In this document: piece after piece, positions 16,058 through 24,900 of the stretch
Layout of the letters: every line of letters starts with the position of its first letter
Position numbering within the stretch: the stretch's first letter is position 1
Assembly (NCBI GenBank): GCA_038227875.1
Contig: JBBRPR010000017.1
Location: forward strand, 32,001-96,000
Length of the DNA: 64,000 nt
Direction: 5' to 3'
DNA from: Planctomycetota bacterium
Lineage (GTDB): Bacteria > Planctomycetota > SZUA-567 > H5-PLA8
Position numbers and translations under genes: made by a program
Notes under the pieces: generated by a model
The model's input: only the letters and a program-made list of their open reading frames with translations
What the model was told of the DNA's origin: nothing
Database searches by the model: none

Positions 16058-17365
16058 ATGCTGGGCGATGTCGTTCAGGAATTACGGTGGCGCGGGTTGT
16101 TGCAGCAGATGACCGACGAGACGCTCGAGAAGCGTCTGCTCCAGAATCCATTTACGCTCTACGCCGGTTTCGACCCGACGGCCGACAGCCTCGCGGCGCA
16201 TCACATGATTCCGCTGCTCAATCTCGCCCGCTTCCAGCGCGCCGGGCACAAGCCCATCGCGGTGGTCGGCGGCGGCACGGGGTTCATCGGCGATCCGTCG
16301 GGCAAAACTGAAGAGCGCCAGTTGCTCACCGCGGAGCAGCTTGAGGCCAACGTCGCCGGTCAGCGCAAGCAGATGGAGCGCTTCCTGGATTTCACGCCCG
16401 GTACGGCGCAGGCCTCCGTGCTGAACAACGCCGATTGGCTCTGCGGCATGAACCTGATCACGTACCTGCGCGACGTCGGCAAGCATTTCACGGTCAACTC
16501 GATGCTGGAGAAAGATTCCGTCCGCCGGCGCCTGGAAGATCGCGCACAGGGCATCAGCTACACGGAATTCAGCTACATGCTGCTGCAGGCGTACGATTTT
16601 TATCACCTCTTCAAGCACCACGGGTGCCGGCTGCAGATTGGCGGCAGCGATCAATTCGGCAACATCACCGCCGGCTGCGAATTGATCCGCCGCCGTCGTC
16701 CCGAAACCGAGGCGCATGAGACGTGGGGCGCATACGGTTTGACCACGACCCTGATTACCGATTCCAACGGCGAGAAAATCGGCAAGACCACGAAAGGCGC
16801 GCTGTGGCTGGATCCGAACAAGACGACGCCGTTCGATTTCTACCAGTACTGGATCAACACCAGCGACGCCGACGCCATCAAGTACGTCCGTTACTTCACC
16901 GACGTGAACGAAGCCGACGCGCAAGCCGGCGAGGCCGATCACGCCAAGGACCCGGGCAAGCGTTTGCTGCAGAAGAAGCTCGCCCGCTTCATGACGGAGC
17001 TGGTTCACGGCGTGACGGAACGGGAGAACGCACAGAAGATGACCGACGATCTTTTTACCAAGTCGGTAAAAGACCTCGACGAAGCTGCGCTCTTGAACCT
17101 TGTGAAAGATGCTTCGAGTTCGACACTCTCGCGATCGCGGTTGGAAGGCGAAGGGATGCCAATTATCGAGTTGCTTGCAGAAGCTACCAAACTGTGGGCA
17201 TCAAAGGGCGAGGCGAAGAAGTCGATTCAAGGCAACGGAGCGAATCTCAACGACGTTCGAGTGACTGATCTTCAGAAAAAAGTGACGACGGCTGAGCTGC
17301 TCCATGGCAAGTACTTGGTGCTGCGGAAGGGGAAGAAAGACAATCATCTGGTGAAGGTGGAATGA
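16058..17365 (+). CDS. tyrS: Tyrosine--tRNA ligase
   Basis: LYAGFDPTADSL, GDPSGK, EFSYMLLQAYDF, QIGGSDQFGNI, KIGKT, C-terminal S4-like domain (LRKGKK); GGAGG RBS. Confidence 0.97.
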   Translation: MLGDVVQELRWRGLLQQMTDETLEKRLLQNPFTLYAGFDPTADSLAAHHMIPLLNLARFQRAGHKPIAVVGGGTGFIGDPSGKTEERQLLTAEQLEANVAGQRKQMERFLDFTPGTAQASVLNNADWLCGMNLITYLRDVGKHFTVNSMLEKDSVRRRLEDRAQGISYTEFSYMLLQAYDFYHLFKHHGCRLQIGGSDQFGNITAGCELIRRRRPETEAHETWGAYGLTTTLITDSNGEKIGKTTKGALWLDPNKTTPFDFYQYWINTSDADAIKYVRYFTDVNEADAQAGEADHAKDPGKRLLQKKLARFMTELVHGVTERENAQKMTDDLFTKSVKDLDEAALLNLVKDASSSTLSRSRLEGEGMPIIELLAEATKLWASKGEAKKSIQGNGANLNDVRVTDLQKKVTTAELLHGKYLVLRKGKKDNHLVKVE

Positions 17366-17395
17366 ACGATTAGCTGGTCATATCAAGCCGACGGG

Positions 17396-17436
17396 ACTTC
17401 GTCGGGAGCGACGCCAATCACGGCTCCCGACGAAGT
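17396..17436 (+). terminator. 14-bp stem-loop after tyrS (possible terminator)
   Basis: ACTTCGTCGGGAGC (17396-17409) pairs perfectly with GCTCCCGACGAAGT (17423-17436); only a short T tail. Confidence 0.55.
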
Positions 17437-17518
17437 TTAAAATAATTCATAATCTTCCGTCACATTTCGATCCCACTGCATCTTGAGTCTGAGTGAATGA
17501 GAGAGGTGTGGAGGAAAA

Positions 17519-18781
17519 ATGTCGCTCAACGAATGGCTGGAGTCGGCTCGCGGCGGAAATCTCGACGCCTTTGAACGGCTCATGGATGCGACGCAAGGCA
17601 TGGTCTATGCCGTCGTGCGCCGCATTCTGATCGACCGTGAAGACGCGGCGGATGCCGTTCAGGAGACCTACGTCCGGGCGTTTGGAAAGCTGTCGGAGAT
17701 TCGGAATCCAGACTCCTTTCCGGGATGGCTCAGGCGTATCGCGGTGACGACTGCGATGGGTCTCCAGCGTTCTCGCCGTAACCACTTTGTTGAGTTCGAC
17801 GACGATCTGCACATTCCCATTCTGGACGATCAGGAAACACGCTGGAGCGAATTTCAGCACGCGGCGATGGCAGAAGCCATCGTCAAGCTCGGCGAGAGCG
17901 ACCGGCTGCTGTGTGAACGCTTTTATCACGGCGGCTGGCCCCTGGCGCGACTGGCGGAAGATCTGGAAATTTCGGAAAGCGCCGTGCGCAAACGCCTCCA
18001 GCGCATCCGCGAACACTTGCGAAAGGATATTGAAATGAACGAACAACGAACACTGGCCGGCGAACACCTGCCAGGAAATCTGCCGCGGAAAGTGATTGAG
18101 CTGCTGGCCCGTCCCCGGCTCACCACCATTCCGGAAAATCCGGTGGGCCGCATCTGGCATCTAATCCAATCGCACCTGCCCAAGTCCGTGGACATGGACG
18201 TTTCGGAAACGGTGACCGACGAGCAAGTGCGGGAGATGCTCGGCGACTTATATGACGCCGGTTCTGACATCGGAGGGGGGCAGGGCATTCATCGCGTCGA
18301 CGACGCGCAACACCTCCGCGCCGAAATCACGCTGCCGTTGCTGCTGGCGTGCCGCGGGCGCAGCGGGCCTCAGTCGATCGTGAGCGCTGGGAAAGTCTAC
18401 CGGATTGCGAAAGTCGGACCCGCTCACATGGAATCCTTTCATCAAGGCGAATGGCTGAACGTTAGCGAGTCGGCCTCGCTCTGGGACTCGATGGGCCTGA
18501 TCAGCGGAATGATCAAGGGGCTCTATCCCGACAAGGCGATCCGCTGGGAGAAAGTTCAGCTTCCTCTGTGCGAGGAAGCGTGGGAACTCTTTGTGGACTG
18601 GAACGGCAAGTACGTCGCGGTGCTGGGGTGCGGCCGCTACAAGGATCGGATCGTGGAGTACCTCGGCAACGATCCCCGTCGATTTACCGCTATCGGCGCG
18701 GGCTTCGGTTTGGAGCGCATGGCCTGCGCTCACTTCGGGATCGATGACATTCGCAAGGTGGAGGGAATCCGGCTGAGTTGA
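17519..18781 (+). CDS. ECF sigma-70 factor fused to a PheRS-alpha-like class II aaRS domain
   Basis: N-terminus: AADAVQETYVRAF...FPGWLRRI and LAEDLEISESAVRKRLQR; C-terminus: AGKVYR...HMESFHQGE (motif 2), VLGCG, GFGLERMA...FGIDDIR (motif 3); GGAGG RBS. Confidence 0.85.
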   Translation: MSLNEWLESARGGNLDAFERLMDATQGMVYAVVRRILIDREDAADAVQETYVRAFGKLSEIRNPDSFPGWLRRIAVTTAMGLQRSRRNHFVEFDDDLHIPILDDQETRWSEFQHAAMAEAIVKLGESDRLLCERFYHGGWPLARLAEDLEISESAVRKRLQRIREHLRKDIEMNEQRTLAGEHLPGNLPRKVIELLARPRLTTIPENPVGRIWHLIQSHLPKSVDMDVSETVTDEQVREMLGDLYDAGSDIGGGQGIHRVDDAQHLRAEITLPLLLACRGRSGPQSIVSAGKVYRIAKVGPAHMESFHQGEWLNVSESASLWDSMGLISGMIKGLYPDKAIRWEKVQLPLCEEAWELFVDWNGKYVAVLGCGRYKDRIVEYLGNDPRRFTAIGAGFGLERMACAHFGIDDIRKVEGIRLS

Positions 18782-18826
18782 AGCACGAACTTGGGGATCG
18801 TGAAATGCGGTCCCCAGGTTCGACTC

Positions 18827-19267
18827 TCATCCCGCCAACTTCGTGCGAAATTCCTTCGGCGTGTAGAACTGGTGCGACTTCTCGTCGAGCAGCGTGGCAC
18901 CAAACTGCTCAAATATCTGCACGTACAGCCGGTAAAAAATGCGCTGTTCCGCGCCGCTGCGGGCGTTGATGGTGATGACTTCGCCGGGCTTCGGCGGTCC
19001 TTGCTCGAGATGCACTTTCAGGACCACGCCGCCTTCGACTTCCCAGAGCAGTTTGACGTTGCTGTCGGTGGCCGCCTGATCCCATGGCGCAGCCGGGATT
19101 TTGGTCATGTGCGGAACTTCCATCAGCTTCTCGGTAACGGAGTTCAGTGAGCCGAGCGAATGAAGTTCGATGGGCAGAATGGTGGTGTCTTTGGGTGGTA
19201 TGGGATCGGGTTTCCAGAACGAAAACTGCGCGATCTCTGAATTGTGACTGGAATGATTGTCTGACAC
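18827..19267 (-). CDS. Hypothetical protein (146 aa)
   Basis: GTG start with GGAGG upstream on the minus strand; globular-looking composition. Confidence 0.65.
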   Translation of the reverse strand: MSDNHSSHNSEIAQFSFWKPDPIPPKDTTILPIELHSLGSLNSVTEKLMEVPHMTKIPAAPWDQAATDSNVKLLWEVEGGVVLKVHLEQGPPKPGEVITINARSGAEQRIFYRLYVQIFEQFGATLLDEKSHQFYTPKEFRTKLAG

Positions 19268-19428
19268 GAGAAGCCTCCTTCGCCCGCCAAGTCCGCTCCC
19301 CCTCCAAAGCCCTCACGCAACACGTACCCTATCCCTAAGCAAAATATACACCATAGTTATCGACGTGGATGCAGACCAAGTGGGCAGAATTGGACAATAA
19401 AATGAGGCACGTGTGCAACGGCCGGACG

Positions 19429-19619
19429 GATGGCATCGGGGATCAGGTAACAGGCATCGGTTAATGGGCGTGCTTACCGTGTCGATCTATTTTATTGCGA
19501 GTTGAGGACGTCCATCAAATCTTGAAGAGTGCCTTCAACTCGCAGCAGCATTGGATTCAACAGCCGTGCACGCCCATTAACCGATGCCCGAGGCCCGATG
19601 CCCGACCCCCGATCCCATC
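19429..19619. repeat. Nested inverted repeat with heptamer-rich arms
   Basis: Perfect 21-bp IR 19453-19473 / 19568-19588; inner TGCGAGTTGA/TCAACTCGCA pair; outer CCGATGC-like heptamers. Confidence 0.75.
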
Positions 19620-19632
19620 TGTTCTGTTCGTT

Positions 19633-21621
19633 CTAGTACTCCACCTGCGCCACTCCGTAGAGCTTCGGCGTGCTGACACTAAAGGTCAGCGTTCCATTGC
19701 GGACGGCGCTCTTGATCTCCTTAGCGACCGGATGATCCTGATGCGGGTCGGTGAGGGTGACGCGCGCTTTTTTGCAGCCAGCGGGAAGTGCGACGGTGGC
19801 CGTCATCCGCGGTTTGACGTTCGCGGCGTTGTAGTTGATGAAATGCAGATCGACACCGCGGCTGGCACGGATGGCTTCGACGAAGACATGGTCGTTGCCG
19901 GTGACGTGGTGTGACAGCGGCTGTTCGCCGGCAGCATCGGCGATGGCTTTCAGGAAAACCTTCCGGTTCTTCACCGGCGCCAGCGCTTCGCCGCTGATCG
20001 CAAACCAATCGGAGATATTCCAGGCGGTGAGCACGTCCCAGGTCGGGACGTAGACGAGGCAACCGTTCCCCACCGGAGACTTCACGTACTTATCCGAGGG
20101 CTCTTTCATCCACTTGCCCAGTCCGCGCGACCATTCGCGCGGGCGATACCACTCGTTAAATTGCACGGCCTTGCCGGAGACAATCACGCCACCGCCGGCG
20201 CGCATAAATGCATCCAGCGCGTCGATCCACGCGTCGGGGATCGCTTGAATTTCGGGCAGCGCGACGATGCGGTACTTCGACAACTGATCGATCTGCTTGT
20301 TGAAGATGATGCCCCACGGCAGCTTCTCGACGGCCAGCGTCTGCTCGAAGGCGATCAGTTGTTCGTGAACCTTGGCGCAATTGTAATTCGTCGACGGTTC
20401 GCTGCGGAAGACGGCGATGTCGTGAAGGTGTTCGCGTTCGTGGTAGAGCGCCTGGTTGGCGCGCAGAAACTGCGTGACCGGCGTGAACGCCATGCAGTCG
20501 CCAATGCCGCCGATCCAGCCGTGGCCTTCGATCTTCTTGCGGTAACCGTAGACCTGGCTTTCGACAGCAGCCATCTCGTCGTGCGGTTCGTCCACGACGC
20601 CAATATGCGTGACGTGCGACGACTTCCACAACCGCACTTCGCTGACGACCTGCCCGCCTTTGACGCCGGGGCTGTAGCCGTCGATGCAGGTGAAATCGAG
20701 AATGTCGGTGAACGCGCCGTGGCAGATGCCGTTGTCGAAGGCGCGGTTGTTACCGTGAATGCCCTTGATGTTCATGCCCACGGCCGTCGTCGGCGACTGC
20801 TTCTTCACGTAGTTGGCCATCTCCGCGTAGAATTCCACCACGGACGTGATGCGGTGATCGATCCAATCCTGCATTTGCGGCAGGACAATCCGGTCCATGC
20901 GCCAGGGTTTGTTGGCCTGGCTCCAGACGGGAGGCATCACGTCCGGATGCTCCGCGAAGCCGTAGCGAATGAGGCATTGTTCGGGCGTGTACTTCGCGCG
21001 CACCATCTCACGCAGATGCGCGACGCAATGTTTGCAGCGGCACGAACGCGGTTCGTGGCGCAGGATCTGGTTGTCGAAGAAAATCTCGTCGGCCTTGACT
21101 TCCTGAACCGCGACGTCCAGCACACGTTTCACATACGCGCGGTAGCCGGGGTTGCGCAGGCACGGAAACCAGCGCTGCAATTGGTAGCCGCTGTACGTGA
21201 CGGGTTGTCCGTCCTGATCTTTGCGCGCCCACTCGATGGCCTCCGGAACTTCCTTGAAGAAGTAATCCGTGAACATCGTCCCACCTACATAGACCGAGAC
21301 GAGTAGCCCGTGAGCTCGGGCTCGTTCGGCATACTGAATTGTCTTTTCGATCGACGAGCGTTCGTAGGTCAGCCCGGCACCTTTAAAGAAGTGCGCGCGA
21401 TCGGGAATTTGAATCCCCGTCGCCGCCATGCGTTCCACATTTTCCTCGGATTGATAACCTTCACTGCGGCGGATGTCCCGTTCGCTGGCCGTGCCGCGGT
21501 TGCGGTAAAACCAGGTGGGTTCGTGCGTGGGCCAGAGGACCGACTTGGCGGTCTCCTGAATCGCTGAAAGATCAGTGGGGAAAGGACGTGCAGGATCATT
21601 GCGCAACCATTTTTTAGACAT
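19633..21621 (-). CDS. Putative glycoside hydrolase-like protein (TIM barrel plus GH42-type trimerisation-like domain)
   Basis: PCLRNPGYRAY...DEIFFDN...CRCKHC followed by LSKYRIVALPE...FMRAGGGVIVSG; family not resolved. Confidence 0.55.
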   Translation of the reverse strand: MSKKWLRNDPARPFPTDLSAIQETAKSVLWPTHEPTWFYRNRGTASERDIRRSEGYQSEENVERMAATGIQIPDRAHFFKGAGLTYERSSIEKTIQYAERARAHGLLVSVYVGGTMFTDYFFKEVPEAIEWARKDQDGQPVTYSGYQLQRWFPCLRNPGYRAYVKRVLDVAVQEVKADEIFFDNQILRHEPRSCRCKHCVAHLREMVRAKYTPEQCLIRYGFAEHPDVMPPVWSQANKPWRMDRIVLPQMQDWIDHRITSVVEFYAEMANYVKKQSPTTAVGMNIKGIHGNNRAFDNGICHGAFTDILDFTCIDGYSPGVKGGQVVSEVRLWKSSHVTHIGVVDEPHDEMAAVESQVYGYRKKIEGHGWIGGIGDCMAFTPVTQFLRANQALYHEREHLHDIAVFRSEPSTNYNCAKVHEQLIAFEQTLAVEKLPWGIIFNKQIDQLSKYRIVALPEIQAIPDAWIDALDAFMRAGGGVIVSGKAVQFNEWYRPREWSRGLGKWMKEPSDKYVKSPVGNGCLVYVPTWDVLTAWNISDWFAISGEALAPVKNRKVFLKAIADAAGEQPLSHHVTGNDHVFVEAIRASRGVDLHFINYNAANVKPRMTATVALPAGCKKARVTLTDPHQDHPVAKEIKSAVRNGTLTFSVSTPKLYGVAQVEY

Positions 21622-21941
21622 GGAATCTCCTGAAGAAGTGACGGCGGCTTTTGGCGAGTCGTGCCGCTAAGTCAAAGGATCCCCGCCCAACCGACGAGGA
21701 CTCCCAATAACCAAGAGCCAATAGCTTAGAGCCAATCTGTTCTGAATACAGCACACCTGTGGCGTAGTTAGTACAATAATACGAAACTTTTTGTTCTGTG
21801 CTTGAGGAAAACCCCCAATCTCCTTACCGTGCTTGCCCACAATGCGTGAAATCGCGGAAAAAGTCGGCAAGGTCTGATAGTCACATTCGTTAGTGTACCG
21901 GCAAATAGTCTCTCAGCCGGGCTCTGGAGGTCGATTCAACG

Positions 21942-24900
21942 ATGATTCGCGGCAGCAAATCCCCCTTCGTAAATTACTGTAAGTGGATTCCGGTCACCGC
22001 CTTAAGCTGCTTTCTCGGCGGCACCATCGCCACCTCCGTTCATGCCGAACAGGACTTTGAATACGCCAAGCTGCTCGTTGAGCGTGACGAACAAAGTTTC
22101 CCGACCGACGACATCATCGGACGGCTGATCACCAAGCTGCTGGAAACGCCGAGCACGCAGTTGGAAGGCAAGCTGATCAAGGCCACCTTCCTGCGCCATC
22201 AGGCCGCGACCTCCAGCTCTGAAAAGAAGAACAAGCTGCTGACGGAAGCCAACGACCTCTATAAAGAGGTGCTTGCCGGCGACAAGAAGTTCCGCCTGAT
22301 GTCCGTCGCCGAACGCGATGCGGCGAGCATGACGTCGGAAATGATCCGCGCCCAGATCGACCTGGCCGGCAACGACAAGGTTAAGGCCCGCGAACTCCGC
22401 GCCCAGGCGGCGAGCAACCAGGAAATCATCGCCAACGCGCAGAAGACGAACATCGACGCGGCCGAACCGAAATTCGTCGCCGAATTCACCAAGTACACTG
22501 AATACGTCAAGACGCACACGGATCAGGAATCCGGCGAAGTCAAGCCGCCGTATCCCAACGGGCAGATGGACGCCCTGATGAAGACGTTCGACGAATGGAT
22601 CATCGCCGACAAACGCTACGTCGCCGCGAAGGTCGAACAGATCAACTGCTACGACGACTCCGATCCCGCGAAGAAAGCCGCGGCCGAAGTGATGGCCAAG
22701 TACTGCGACGAAAAGATCAACAACGAAAAGCTCGCCGACTTCCCCGTGATCACGTCGTGGTACTCGTTCATGCAGGGCCGCATTTACGGGCTCGTCGGCG
22801 ATGACGAAAAAGCCAGCGCATCGTGGGGCACGGCGCTCGGGCTGGAAATGCAGCATCTCAATGACGACCAGCGCAAGCAGATGTTCCAGCTCAAGAAGTT
22901 CATCATTCACGATTTGATCAAGATGAACATGAAGGGCAAGAAGTACGCCGCGGTCGAAGAATACATTGCCACCTCGCTGATCGATCCCGTGCTGCGCACG
23001 CTCTTCGACGACGATTCCGGCAAGGACCTGCTGATCGACTACTCCAAGGCGCTGACGTTCAAGGATGGCGCCGACCAGTCGGACGTCGAAAAGGCGATCA
23101 AGAAGCTGCGCGAGCAGATCGAAAAGGAAAAGGGCGTCAACTCCGTCTGGGCGGCGCGCTTCTCCCGCGCGATGGCCGAAGTCCTCGACTACGCCCGCAG
23201 CCACAAGGGCATGATGCCCCGCCTCAGCGGCCAGGAATGGTACGACGCCGCGCGCGGCTTCTTCGTGATGGGCCAGACCGAACATCAGAAGTACGTCGAA
23301 ATGGAACGCGACGCCAAGGGCGATCCGAAGAACAAGGAGCAGTTCGAAAAGGCGTACACGGAATTCCAGAACGCCGTCGACTTCTACCGCCGCGCCGTCA
23401 CCGCTGCGCGGTCGGCCGATCTCCTTACCCGCGTCACCGTCGAACCGAAGGCCTGGTTCGAAATGGGACTGTGTTACCTGAAGATGCGCCATTACTACGA
23501 AGCGATCGTGGTCTACCAGGCGATGCGCAATACGTTCCTGCCGGAATTCCGCGGCAAGTTGCTCCCTGAGCCCACCAGCGCCGACTACAAGAAGTTCGTC
23601 ACCAAGGCCGTCAAAGACGCCATTGAAGAATTGGACAAGCCCAAGGACGGCCTGATCGCCAAGTCCGGCTCGAACGTGCTTTACGCGTTCGAAGAAAACA
23701 AGAAGCTCCACAATGGCGCCGGCGACATGTGGAACAAGGCGCTGCAGGGCAAGGTGCTCTCGACCGACACCAGCCTGATCAAGGACAGCGGCATCTCCGA
23801 CATCGCCTACACCCAGGCGCGCACGACGATGGACGAAGCCAAGAGCTTCTCGGACAACGGCAAGTTCAATGCCAAGGACGCGAAGCTCTCCGAGGACGCG
23901 TACGGCCAGGCGCTGACCAAGTACACTGCCGCTGCCGAGAAATTCCTGAAGGTGGCGCCGACTTCCGACGCCTACGAAATCGCACTCTTCCAGGCTGGCT
24001 GCTGCTACAACTACGCGCAGGGCATCTGGTCCGACAAACTTCCCAGCCGCCGTGCCGACGCGGAAGCCGCGATCAAGGATCTCGGCGCCAAGGGCGTGGC
24101 CGCGTTCGACAAGTACATGGAGTACGTCGCCAAGAACGCCGCCAAAAAGGACGAAGACAAGGACCGCCGCAAGAAACTCGAAGGCGAAGTGTTGCTGGTC
24201 CGCAATGCGTTGAGCTTCGGCATGCAGGACTGGCCGATGACGCTGAAGACCGCCGACGAATACCTGAACTGGGAAAAGGATAATCCCACCAACAGCAAGA
24301 AGGACGCGGCGATGCTGAATAAGTTCGTCGCGCTGATCTCGCTGGCCGCGCAGAACTTCGCGCCGAAGTCCGATCAGTTCCTGAAGGACGCCGAAGCGGT
24401 GATGCGCGACGTCCGCGTCATGAAGCCCAAGGACAACAAGCTCTTCCGCACCATGCTCGACCAGCTCGGCCGGCGCTACAACATCGCCGCCTTCCAGGTC
24501 GACAAATTCCTGAAGGAAAATCACACCGACGTCACCACCGACATGCAGGACCTGTACGAAGACAAGGTCGCTGAAATCCAGCTGGAACGCGTCACGGTGG
24601 TGGAAGAAGAAGCCAACCCCAACGAAGAAGTCTCGCTGGAAGATTACAGCCGCCTGGTCTACCTCTTCGACAAAGCCAGCCACCGCGTGAAGGACCGCGA
24701 GAAGGCCACGTCGATGCAGGAGAAGTCGGCCGAAATGGCCAAGAAGCTGCTCGACAAGTACGACCCGACGAAGAAGAACCTGCGCATTCCGGAAGACAAG
24801 GACGCCTGGCAGCCGCTGCTGAACAGAATGATCGGTGACAACCAGACCGTACGCGGCCTGCTGCGCATCCAGGAAGACTTCAAGGGCGACGTCAACCGCC

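Noticed and set aside
17519..18781. Annotating the sigma-fused domain as the housekeeping pheS
   Set aside because: No pheT nearby, no N-terminal tRNA-binding coiled coil, and the FPF and LRTHTS motifs are altered
18790..18840. tRNA-like fragment (GGTTCGACT...CCGCCA)
   Set aside because: The T-stem does not pair and there is no cloverleaf; it overlaps a stop codon between convergent genes
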